Source: a virus (Duplodnaviria; Caudoviricetes). From it: a DNA stretch of 64,000 nt. Shown here one piece after another: positions 50,737-60,829 of this stretch. The first letter of the stretch is position 1; every line of letters begins with the position of its first letter. A model generated the notes under the pieces. It saw only the letters and a program-made list of their open reading frames with translations, was not told the DNA's origin and ran no database searches. The stretch is from positions 1 to 64,000 of IMG/VR virus record IMGVR_UViG_3300048502_000185, one strand, 5' to 3'. Made by a program: the position numbers and the translations under genes.

Positions 50737-50952
50737 TCACCAGAATGCTTTCAATCTCATTAGTCTTTCAAATTGCTTTTGAGTTGTGCAAGGTAAACGT
50801 TCACCATTTACCCACCATTCTTTACTGCCATCATCATTTTCAACAGCAGGACCATCTTCTCTATGATAAATATCATATAGAAACCAACATTTGTTGCCAT
50901 TAGCATATTCTACTAATCGACCACCATTAGGCAATTTAATTAATCTTTTCAT
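50737..50952 (-). CDS. HREDGPA-repeat family, copy 21
   Basis: Likely start MKRLIKLPNGG; shares a 41-nt identical patch with copy 20. Confidence 0.85.
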   Translation of the reverse strand: MKRLIKLPNGGRLVEYANGNKCWFLYDIYHREDGPAVENDDGSKEWWVNGERLPCTTQKQFERLMRLKAFW

Positions 50953-51014
50953 TTTATGCTTTTCATATTGAAAATGCCGCCAAATGCTTTCACATTGGCG
51001 GCACATTCTTTATT

Positions 51015-51428
51015 TTAGTAAGCAATTCCAAGTCGGCGACATTCCGAAAATGTCAGCGTTTTAGTTCCTTCAGGCGCGGTCACAACCGGAGCAACTGGCG
51101 CGACAGTCTTCTTTGCTTGTCGAGCCGCAAGAAGCTTTGCAGTGATATCAGCAAGAGCGTCAGGCTCCTCTTCTTCGTCCTCAGAATCATTCTCGTCCTC
51201 TTCGTCAGAGTCATCATCCGAATCTTCGGAATCGTCCTCTTCATTCGCTTCCTCAGAAGCATCCAAATCAGCCTCAAAGGATCCTTCAACAGTTTCAGAT
51301 TCACTAGGCACATCCTCAAAACCTTCACCAGCGGCGGAAACAAGCTCAACCGCTTCCTCAAGCGAATCAGCTTCAACATTAAAAGTTCCAGTCTGCTCCC
51401 AGAAACACACAACTTTAAAAATAGCCAT
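51015..51428 (-). CDS. Highly acidic protein
   Basis: D/E-rich tract EEANEEDDSEDSDDDSDEEDENDSEDEEEE. Confidence 0.65.
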   Translation of the reverse strand: MAIFKVVCFWEQTGTFNVEADSLEEAVELVSAAGEGFEDVPSESETVEGSFEADLDASEEANEEDDSEDSDDDSDEEDENDSEDEEEEPDALADITAKLLAARQAKKTVAPVAPVVTAPEGTKTLTFSECRRLGIAY

Positions 51429-51684
51429 TTTGATTACCTTATACCTTTTTAGTTTTTTACGATTCCTACAACTATAAATTGAACTTCAAACTCGATGGGA
51501 CTTTGCTCACTTATTGAGATGTTTCGTACTACCAGAACCCATGGTCGCACCCAAATGCAAACTCGTGCCATGTTGATGGCCTGCACTAAATGCAACGCCA
51601 TTCATTTGAGCTTGCGAACGTGTATTTACCTTCTTAAGGTTATCGTTCAACTTATACATTGCTTGAGTAGAATCTTTCATTCTT

Positions 51685-52224
51685 TCAATCAATCTTCACA
51701 ATGGCTGCACTGGTGGCATGCTCTTGTGCTTTTACTCGGCTCGCACTTAGCTGCTCGGCGATTCCCGCAACGAAACCAGTACAATACGAGGCAATAAAAA
51801 CCCGCCCCATACCTTTAGCTTCCAATTGAGACAGGCGCGAACATTCGGCAGACAACCAAGTAAACATAAACCTGGTCAAGCCAATATCAGAACGTTTGCC
51901 CACGAGCTTATATCGCGAAACTTTTCTTCCACCAGAATAACTCGTATCATTCCAATGAGCGCAACCATAGTGGTGAGCGAGCACGCGCACAAGCATCTTT
52001 TTCCATTCGGTCACTTTGCCAGACTCATAGATATATCCGTCGTCTTCCTCGATGGGCTCGGAATGGCCTTCATCAGAAACTTCCAAATCGGCTTCCGACA
52101 AGCGATATTCATCAATTAGTTTGTTTGCCAAACCACTGGCAGCGGCAGCTTCATGAGCATTTGACGCATCACCAGCAAGAGCAAGCAATTTTCGAACCTT
52201 ATCAATAACATTATCAATGGACAT
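51685..52224 (-). CDS. DUF2786-domain protein
   Basis: IDKVRKLLALA...NAHEAAAA...LIDEYRLS. Confidence 0.8.
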   Translation of the reverse strand: MSIDNVIDKVRKLLALAGDASNAHEAAAASGLANKLIDEYRLSEADLEVSDEGHSEPIEEDDGYIYESGKVTEWKKMLVRVLAHHYGCAHWNDTSYSGGRKVSRYKLVGKRSDIGLTRFMFTWLSAECSRLSQLEAKGMGRVFIASYCTGFVAGIAEQLSASRVKAQEHATSAAIVKID

Positions 52225-52772
52225 TTGAATTCTCTTTTCCTAAAACACTAATCAAAACAAACACTTGTGTGCCGATGGGAGCTTTCACTCGGGTAGATAA
52301 TAATCGAACCATGGTCCCAATAAAACCGTTTGGACTTGTGCAATCTTACTTAGACATGAGCGGCTTGATGTTTCGGGGCTTTGACAAAATCTCATTGCTC
52401 CCTCTTCGGAGAAGCCTTTTAGCAAAACAATTCGCGTTCCATTATAAAGGAACCTGACAATCTTATAGGTGTCCATGACGGAACTCGTATGTTAGTGTGT
52501 AAATGTATTATTCTCTATTGATAATCGCCTGTTCACGCGTATGCCAAGAAAAATAAAACTCTTGCAGCCGCTCATGAAACTCATTGAAAAGAATCTGATC
52601 TGATTCTGAAAGTGAATCATCTCTTGATGCAGCATCGAAAGCTCGTTCAACTGCACTAATCAATGCGCTTGCAGAAGTTTCTTTTAGAAACGCTTTGCAA
52701 ATATTAACCATTGCACCTTGGGTCGAGTCTATATCAATTGAAACTTTCATTGTTTTTTTTCTTTCATAGTAG

Positions 52773-52855
52773 TACCGAAGAAGGGATTTGAACCCTTACA
52801 CCCGTGAGGGTAACCGATCTTGAGCCGGTCGTGTCTGCCATTCCACCACTTCGGC
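52773..52855 (-). tRNA. trnL: tRNA-Leu (anticodon CAA), long variable arm, CCA not encoded
   Basis: GCCGAAG/CTTCGGT acceptor stem, GGTGGAATGGCAGACAC D region, ACCGG-CTCAAGA-TCGGT anticodon arm, AAGGG-TTCAAAT-CCCTT T arm. Confidence 0.92.
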
Positions 52856-53894
52856 GTATTTATTCATTTTCTAAATATATCATAGATGATTTAGTTTCTC
52901 GACAATCTATACCAGCGTTGCAGAACGAATGCTGATATAGATAAGCAAGAATACTAAGTTAGTAGATTAGAATCTACTCTTGTCGATGGGCGTTCTTGAG
53001 AGACTCCAAGAGAGCCGTCAATAGTTCTCGTGCCTTATGATGATTTTTGCGTTGAGCAGGATTAAAGCTGGAATACTGCCCAATCTTAGCAGCATCGGTA
53101 AGAGCGGAATTAATCCGCACAACTTCGTCAATAGTGAGCTTAATATTTTTCATGGTATTTTCTTTCTTATAGGAAGACTATAATGTCCTCATTGTATTAT
53201 ACTTGGCTTGTGTGCCCGATGGGATATGCCCGACTTTTCTTTCGACGCTTTGGCGCCCGAATCGGCTATCCTTTTTATTATTACCGACTTTACTTTTGAA
53301 CGCTTTTTGGTTCCGAGTCGGTTTTCTTACTACATGTAGTCCTGACTTTACTTTCGAATGAATACTCACTCCGAGTCAGCCTTTCTTACTGATTATAGAT
53401 TAAGTTGTGAACTCGATGGGAAGGCTTTAAAAGTTGGCGGCACCAATATTGCAGTCATAGCACAAACCATGCCAAGCGCAACCCATATAAAAAACCAGCC
53501 TGATATAAGGCTGGCTTCATACACGCATACATAAGTATATAATGTGTTAATATCCGTTTCTTTCGGCTCTATCAGCGCAATCATCGCACTGATAGCCAAG
53601 TCGCACGTCTGCGGGAGTAAGCCTGTAAGGCTTCTCACAAGTAGGACATGACAAGTTTCTTGGATTGATCTCGGTCGCTGCGCGCAAAGCCGAATGTCCG
53701 CCTGGATCGGCGAAGCCGCAATCAATTCCGAAGTCATCCTCATTGTTCGTTCGAATGATTTATTGTGATTGCTCATGCTAATATCTTGCTTTTAATATCT
53801 GATGGGAATATTCGTGCACACAAGTGTGTGATTGGGACTACTTAAAACTGCTGAATCTTCCGACCCAGCATTAATACTTACACGCACATGATGG

Positions 53895-54040
53895 GAACTT
53901 TACGAAGCTGATATTGCAAGAAGCTCTTGTTAGCTAGAGCAGGCTTCTTAACATTAAAATTATGTTATCTTTTATTAAACAAAGTCCCTAGACCCCTGTT
54001 TTATTAATACAGATATTCCAATATCAGCTTCGTAAAATTC
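53895..54040. repeat. Long inverted repeat (22-bp arms) enclosing internal hairpins
   Basis: GAACTTTACGAAGCTGATATTG ... CAATATCAGCTTCGTAAAATTC; inner AAGAAGC/GCTTCTT and TAACAT/ATGTTA. Confidence 0.8.
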
Positions 54041-54388
54041 GCATCATAACTTACTATAAATAAACCTCGCCAATTACCTGATTGGAACTGTCGAGGCTTT
54101 CACTCGACTACATGCGCGGCATTATATGCCCGCTTCACTTCCGCACGCACATTTAAAAAAGCACTAACAGCCTTGTTATAACGATGATAAAGATCTTCAT
54201 CCATATCAATATAAGAACCGCTATCAACGATATCAAGAATATAAAACGGATATAATTCTTCATGATCAACAAACACTTTAATAGTCGCCATAATAATTAA
54301 ATCTCCTGTAAGTAGAATTACTTATATCTTCTAATGCCTCAACCCCACCAAACCTCGATGGGCTTGGCAGGGTAAGGCTTTCGTGAGA

Positions 54389-54748
54389 TTAGACCGTCGC
54401 AGGAACCGTATCGCTGATTCGTCGCGTTCCGCCGCCACGTCCCTTGGTCGAAACAAACTCCAGGGGATGATTATGAACGTATTCCTTGACGCTGGCACTC
54501 ATTGCAGCGTAATCGCTCAGAGAAACCGTTCCGAGCTTCTGTGCAACATTGGCAGCAAGCGCCGCCATATTGATATTGACACCCTTGTACTGCTCGAACA
54601 CCGCATGAACCGCCGTACCAATTGCTTCCGAGGCAAGCAGATGGGTAGTATTGAAAGCCGCGACCGCTTCCGAAACGCTCGTGAGCGTAGCAGCAAGAGA
54701 AACCGTACCGTCAGACTGAAGAACCACGCACGTATTGAGATCAATCAT
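54389..54748 (-). CDS. Putative winged-helix DNA-binding protein, paralog C
   Basis: AVHAVFEQYKG...ALAA...FVSTKGRGGG. Confidence 0.65.
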   Translation of the reverse strand: MIDLNTCVVLQSDGTVSLAATLTSVSEAVAAFNTTHLLASEAIGTAVHAVFEQYKGVNINMAALAANVAQKLGTVSLSDYAAMSASVKEYVHNHPLEFVSTKGRGGGTRRISDTVPATV

Positions 54749-55176
54749 GTTATTATCCTTGAACTTTCTTGTTTTATATTGTTTGAGAGGTTTTAGTTAT
54801 TGGGGAAGTTTCTTGCTTCCCCGTGATATTCGATTCTACTTGATACCCGATGGGAACTTACTTTAGACGTTAGACTCGTTCGGCGTGAAAATAATTGAAA
54901 CAGTGTCATCGAAACGAGACAGCGACCAACTACCTACAACGACGCCATTTTCGTCCTTCATTCTATTACCGATGAAAAGCTCGCTGTCAGCCAAAGAAAA
55001 TCTTCCGGTATACTGGGCAAAGTTTTTAATCTCGCGCTTAAGGTCTCCACTGTTTTGCATAACTTCGTCTGCAAAGTCGATTGTAATATTAAGTCGCATC
55101 ATGTTATTATGTCCTTGAACTTTCTTGTTTGAGATGATTGCTACGTTATTAGTTTCTATCTGTTGCCCGATGGGAC

Positions 55177-55515
55177 TTATTCTTTCTCTTCAAAGTCCTC
55201 ATCGTTCGAGCCGTCATCGTCCTCGTCGAAAGCATAATCGGCGGGCCATTTGACACTCGAAAAGTAAACGATTGATCCAAGTCCCAATGAATCCTCCGAT
55301 GGGTTTAGTTCCGCAAGATCCGACAAGTCGTCAAAACATTCGTCTTGATTTCCGTCCATAATCGCTTGGGCAATAAGCACGCCAACTTTGAAAGAAGACA
55401 CTCCTCGTTTAAGATTGATGCCAACACATCCACGACCATACATTCCGCGCCCACTATAGTATCGCGCTGTAAAGCCGGCGTCTTCGATTGCCTTGATAAG
55501 TTTCATTGCGTTCAT
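55177..55515 (-). CDS. Hypothetical phage protein
   Basis: YSGRGMYGRGCVGI motif; acidic tail. Confidence 0.65.
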   Translation of the reverse strand: MNAMKLIKAIEDAGFTARYYSGRGMYGRGCVGINLKRGVSSFKVGVLIAQAIMDGNQDECFDDLSDLAELNPSEDSLGLGSIVYFSSVKWPADYAFDEDDDGSNDEDFEEKE

Positions 55516-56063
55516 TTTATTTACCTTGTTCCTTAGTTTTATACTTGTGCCTGATGGGACTTAGACAGTATACCGATGATGGCACACTTGACAGTTATTG
55601 TGTTCAACGTTCGCACTTGTAATCATACTAGCAGGAATCAAACCGCCATGTTCTTTTCCGCCACACTTATGACAAGTGGCGCCATAGCCTTTGTTATGAT
55701 AAAGCGGGTTATGCTTGAGCTTTGCCGCGACTTGTTTGAGCCAATTGCTTGTCATGTTATAATCTTTCTTTTACAGTATCTGATGGGTTATTCATAGCTC
55801 TCTTCGGAAGAAAAACCAGCCGAAAGAACGAGATTCGTATAAATATCGCGACCGTTCTCGGTCAACGACCGCCAACCAAAATTGCCCGATGGGCTAAAGC
55901 CGGCAAGTTCCGCACGACCCATGTAGGCGTATTCCTTAGAGGATTGACCAGCATGGTACAAAGAACCAAACAACCAATACGCAGACAAAATATCAAATCT
56001 ATCAAAATACATTTTGTTATCCAACTTTCTATTATTAGAAAATAAATTAAAACTTGATGGGAA

Positions 56064-56279
56064 TTAGATTCCCAATGCGAGGGCTGCCTCTTCATCGGTG
56101 AGAATCATATCAGTATCGCAGTTAATGTAAGCATGACGCCCAGAAGAAGGCTGATAGCAGTATAACAAGCGATAATTCGTACGTGTGGTGAAAGGAACCT
56201 CGGAGCCACGATTAGCGGCAACCCACGCACCTTGCGACTTCTCATAATCTTTCTTGTCAAGCAGTTCAGTAAGGGTCAT
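56064..56279 (-). CDS. Small hypothetical protein (start revised from the ORF track)
   Basis: GAGGAG SD then ATG at 56279: MTLTELLDKK...; avoids the 120-nt overlap with 56458..56817. Confidence 0.6.
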   Translation of the reverse strand: MTLTELLDKKDYEKSQGAWVAANRGSEVPFTTRTNYRLLYCYQPSSGRHAYINCDTDMILTDEEAALALGI

Positions 56280-56457
56280 ATCAGGAATCTCCTCTTGTTC
56301 GATGGGACTAAATGTCAGGTCCTTGTTTGCTTTCTCAAATAGATTGCCAAGTCCAGATGGGTTTCTAGAACGAACGGATATCTCGACGTCACGAACACCG
56401 GTAAAATTTGCATTGTCATCACCTTCTACGATTAGATTAGTTAATGCCCGATGGGCA

Positions 56458-56817
56458 TTATCGTCTATGTCCGGAGAAACGATTCTCGACAACATGAGAA
56501 AGCTCTTCAGCATACGTGTCACGAAAAGCAATCTGCTTAGGCGTATAGCCCGCAAAAAATTCAGGATCGGTATCGCCAAGTCTGCGAGTAAGGAAAATCA
56601 TCAAACCGTGCATCGTGACATCAGATGTCATTGTATCCCACGATGGGATGCCATAGTCCTCACCGAGAAAGAGAACGTCTGCCTTGTGGGTTAGTACATA
56701 ACGAATCAGGTTATTACCCTTTGAATCAATGCGGTAAGTGTCCCACGTCGTCAAAACGAATCTTCCAGCCGAAGTATCAAAGTAACAACTTCTCAAATAA
56801 CTGCTCATTTTTTTCAA
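56458..56817 (-). CDS. Hypothetical protein
   Basis: 119 aa; GGAG SD; stop immediately followed by the CCCATC motif. Confidence 0.6.
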   Translation of the reverse strand: MKKMSSYLRSCYFDTSAGRFVLTTWDTYRIDSKGNNLIRYVLTHKADVLFLGEDYGIPSWDTMTSDVTMHGLMIFLTRRLGDTDPEFFAGYTPKQIAFRDTYAEELSHVVENRFSGHRR

Positions 56818-56942
56818 TCTCCTATATATAACACAAAAAGTTTACTCGATGGGTCAAGCGAATAATATTCTGTATGTCAATGTAATCTAACATCTCATAC
56901 ATAAGTCTTTATCACGCCTAAGAGTTCATATATCGGTTGTTA

Positions 56943-57386
56943 TCATCCAAAGATCGCGCCACGAAAGTCTGCCCCGTCCGTAATGGTGCTACCGAACGTA
57001 GCACCACGAAGATTAGCGCCACGAAAGTTTGCGCAGGTCAAGTTGGCATAAGATAAATCCGCGCCACGCAAGTCTGCGCTGCTCAAGTCAGCAAACGAAA
57101 GGTTGGCACGCTTGAGCTTGGCCCCAGTAAGGTTAGCACTTGCGAGGTTCGCATGCGACAAGTCTGCTTGCTCCAAGTTTGCGCCTGACAAGTCTGCCAG
57201 CACAAGAATTGCATCGGTCATAACGGCACGTCTTAGGTCGGCACTTCGCAGGTCAAAATCATAAAGATTCGCATCCCGCAGATCAGCACCAATAAGTTCG
57301 CCACGATGGGCGCATTCAAGCAGATCCTGGTCATCCGCGAAACAATCGAGCAAAGTCTGGTCATTCGTGTTTTTGATGATGGTCAT
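56943..57386 (-). CDS. Pentapeptide repeat protein
   Basis: A[DN]LxG repeats: GADLRDANLYDFDLRSADLRRA...GANLRGATF. Confidence 0.9.
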   Translation of the reverse strand: MTIIKNTNDQTLLDCFADDQDLLECAHRGELIGADLRDANLYDFDLRSADLRRAVMTDAILVLADLSGANLEQADLSHANLASANLTGAKLKRANLSFADLSSADLRGADLSYANLTCANFRGANLRGATFGSTITDGADFRGAIFG

Positions 57387-58910
57387 GTTAATGCTAATCT
57401 CTATTGATAAGATGGGAATCTGAAAAGTGATATTCAGCGCCAACGATATTCCATAAAGTGTTCCGATGTAGCATATGTAAGGAAGTCGTTTACCAAAGAT
57501 TCTTGTAGACCAAAATCAAGACAAGCCTTAGGCGTCAGGATCTTATCCGCTGCAAAGCAAAGGCCAGTCAAGATAAACAAGGCGGAACGAGTCGTGCCAC
57601 GAAAATGAAGTCTGGTCGTATGAGTTATGGTCATTGGTTTTTCCTTCTTACAGATATTAGATTAGAATATTTATCGATGGGAATTGGTTTGGGTAGGTCT
57701 GGTCTATAACTTGCTTGAATGCAATTCCTATACCAACTACCCATAAAAGAAAAATTACAGTGTGGGCAAAATCGCCTGTACAGTAAGATATCTAAGATTA
57801 AATATCCCATCAGAGAACTACTTAAAAAATACTGAGATCTCTTCTTCGGTCTCTTTCTCTTCTCCTCTCGGTTTGAAAAAGAAAAAAAAAACTAAAACTT
57901 AAAATATATCGGATTAATTTTCGACTCCTATACGCACGCGTGCGGCTCACCCATCCTTCCTTAGGTTTCCTTCCCAAACTTTTCGGGAGCTTCCCGCATC
58001 CAAGCTCAAGCATAACGGGCCACCTATCCTACAATCTAATTTAAACTTTGCGCGTTTCTAAAAACGGTCTGGCATAGCCAAACGACAGGAAGGTTTGTGT
58101 GAATTATATTCTTATGTCATAGCATCGACGATGGGTTCATCCCGCCGTTGGCGTTTCGCAAAGTTTGGCGTAGATTCTCCGACCGTTGTCGGTCAAAGTA
58201 GTATATGTAAGTCCATCACTCACATAGAACTTGGAGTTGTTTGCACACATTAGCGCACGAACTCGGTCTATGTGAGAGCCCGTAAGGTGATATGCGTCAA
58301 CAATATCAAAGCGATTGAATCTCATTTTTCATCTCTCCAATTAAATCTTGCGATTATTCTTGCGATTTTGCCTGCGATTATGCAAAACAATGGCATACTC
58401 TTTGGCGCTCCAAAGCGTATTGTATTTGGGGGCTAACATTGTTCTGGCTAACTCCCATGATTCGCGATAGCCTTGTGCAATGTAAGCCTTGAAGGTACTT
58501 TCGCCGTCCCATGTGTAAGCGTGGTCGCCATCCATATAGACGAGTGTCTCTTTGAAGTTTATTAGTTGTTCTAGACCTACGCTCATAACTTATTACCTTT
58601 CAAGTAAGTTCGATGGGAACCTCAAGTATATCTAATCTATTAAACTTTATGTTATAAATCTACTTATATATTAGTCTACAACTTTGGAACCCAGCCAAGA
58701 TCTCTTAGAAGAATATTGGCTAATTCATTCATACGATGACGAACATCCTTGTCTTCAGTTTGAGCAAACTCACTTAGTAGTAAGACTATATCTTCAACAC
58801 GAACATAGATAGTGCCGTTCGCACTAACGGTGCGTAATTTAATTACTTCATCTTTTACGATCATATGTTGGCCCTTTCAAGTAAGTTCGATGGGAATCTT
58901 TTATTGTTTA

Positions 58911-59115
58911 TTAAAAATCTAAATCATGCCAAACATCTTTAACAAAAAAAAGCGTTCCGACATAAGTCGGAGACAATTCGGCTTTGGAAAACAACTTAAC
59001 AGAATAAGTTTCCACGGTATTATAATCAGGTCCAGCCATACGCTTAAACACGATTGTCCCGCCCCCCGAAGGGAGTCATAACCCTATCGCCAGTTTCAAA
59101 CATCTTTGTTGTCAT
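58911..59115 (-). pseudogene. Paralog of 29072..29269 with a +1 shift in a G6 run
   Basis: Corrected translation MTTKMFETGDRVMTPFGGGTIVFKRMAGPDYNTVETYSVKL...DLDF*. Confidence 0.65.
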
Positions 59116-59131
59116 GTTAGCCTCTTGCTAT

Positions 59132-59497
59132 TTACAGCAAATTATTATTCTGATGGGAATCAATCATATCCGATATTTTCATCGAAAGCAGTTCGTCAAC
59201 CTCATTGACCTCTGACACGTCATTGTCAGATGGGTAAAAGATATCCGAAGTATCATCCAAGACGCACAATGCAATCGCCTGGCGAATCCACTTGAAAGCC
59301 CGAAAAGAATCCTCGCAAGCTTCCAGCAAACAATCATGCTCGGAAAGCTCATCCGTAAGAAAGAAGACTCGTTCGAGATCTTCCAGACTCTGGAAGAAGC
59401 CGACGTTCTCGACTTCAATGATGGGAAAGATTGTCGTTCCAGATTCAGATTCAAGAATAGAGAAAGAAGTAAACTTGTGAAGGTTTGCAAAGCTCAT
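59132..59497 (-). CDS. Acidic protein, paralog of 36792..37139
   Basis: SLEDLERVFFLTDE. Confidence 0.6.
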   Translation of the reverse strand: MSFANLHKFTSFSILESESGTTIFPIIEVENVGFFQSLEDLERVFFLTDELSEHDCLLEACEDSFRAFKWIRQAIALCVLDDTSDIFYPSDNDVSEVNEVDELLSMKISDMIDSHQNNNLL

Positions 59498-60249
59498 TGT
59501 AATATCCTCTTACTATTATGAAAATAATATTATTAGTCGATGGGAACATCGTTCAGGTCAAGATTATAAAGCAATTTGCCCACTCGTTCGGCACGAGTAG
59601 GATCATGTCTGACAAGCGCCGCCAACACATCATAAGCATGATTCAAAGTCCTACGCTGAACGGATGTCAGCTTGTCCTTACCAATCAAAAAAAGATCGTC
59701 AAGAACACGCTGAATATCTTGCTCAATGAATCGATCTAATGGAAGACGACGATTGTTATTGCTCATTGTTTTTCTCCTGATTATATAAACGTTTATTGTT
59801 CCGATGGGAGGAGTGATTCCAGCAATATAAGTGCTTTATTCAATATCATGATTTGAGAATCAAATAAAGGTAGCGTATTATCCTCTAAAATAGATACAAG
59901 ATCTCTAATCGAAGATTCGATCTCAGTTGATTTAGGTGTTATGATAATCGGTCTCATTATATTAGATCCTTTATTGCCAGATGGGTCTTATATATATTGT
60001 GTAATAATCTTTATTAAAGCAAACCCTTATATGGACCCGATGGGAAACATCTCGGACATTCGCGAAAAGATTCCTGATGACCTTCGTCGGAATGTTCGTT
60101 TTCTTTGCCTGCAATCTCAGCACAAGGTCCGCATAGATGACCAGTGCCACATGATGCCTCTTGCGTGGAACGCTTGCCGCAAACGCGGCAGATAACATTG
60201 GGCTGATTGCGCTTGCTAAACTTTATTTTGTTCATAACTATATAATCCT

Positions 60250-60501
60250 TTATTGCCCGATGGGCTTATCGTTAATAGCGAATGACTCAAGAAACTTTTC
60301 AGCTGCTTTATAGGCTGGCAAATCGCCTACTGGCAGCAAGCAAGCGATTTGAAACTTGTTTTCATCGAAGCGCGGGTTATCATTGCTAAAAAGCAAAATA
60401 AAGGCTTCAATAATTGAAGAGGTAATCATGCCAGTAGTACCTTCAGCACGACAGGTTTTAACAATCTCAGCAGCCTTATTGTAATCTTTCTTGGTCATCA
60501 T
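60250..60501 (-). CDS. Small protein, tandem paralog 1
   Basis: MMTKKDY.KAA.IV...FSNDNP.FD..F..AC. Confidence 0.7.
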   Translation of the reverse strand: MMTKKDYNKAAEIVKTCRAEGTTGMITSSIIEAFILLFSNDNPRFDENKFQIACLLPVGDLPAYKAAEKFLESFAINDKPIGQ

Positions 60502-60546
60502 GATGCACTTCCTTCATTAGGAATTAGAGTTTAATGCTCGATGGGT

Positions 60547-60783
60547 TTATCGCTTCTTATATGAAAGCGATGCTGCAACTTCGCGAGCAAGATTAATGTC
60601 AGTCTTAGGCATGCATGCCGCATCGAACCGAGCACAATCAAACTTCGGGTTATCGTTGCTAAACAGTTCAATAAAGCCCATTCTCATCCAACGTGCGTCT
60701 TCCAATTGTTCGCTAGAACAAGAATTTACACAATATGCCCTAACAATCTTAGCAGCCTTATCGTAATCTTTCTTGGTCATCAT
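60547..60783 (-). CDS. Small protein, tandem paralog 2
   Basis: Same motif; duplicated GAAGGA leader. Confidence 0.7.
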   Translation of the reverse strand: MMTKKDYDKAAKIVRAYCVNSCSSEQLEDARWMRMGFIELFSNDNPKFDCARFDAACMPKTDINLAREVAASLSYKKR

Positions 60784-60829
60784 GACGCACATCCTTCATT
60801 AGTAATTAATTTAGATTATCCGATGGGAA

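Noticed and set aside
12212-50952. HREDGPA family as DGR targets
   Set aside because: Close copies (16 vs 17) differ at C/T/G as well as A positions; no template or RT; patchwise identity fits recombination better
57822-58013. 63-aa ORF in the large gap
   Set aside because: Translates low-complexity A and pyrimidine tracts; no SD; likely spurious
58940-59095. sRNA with a C(UUCG)G hairpin and terminator-like stem
   Set aside because: The region is a CDS paralogous to 29072..29269, broken by a homopolymer +1; the hairpins are incidental
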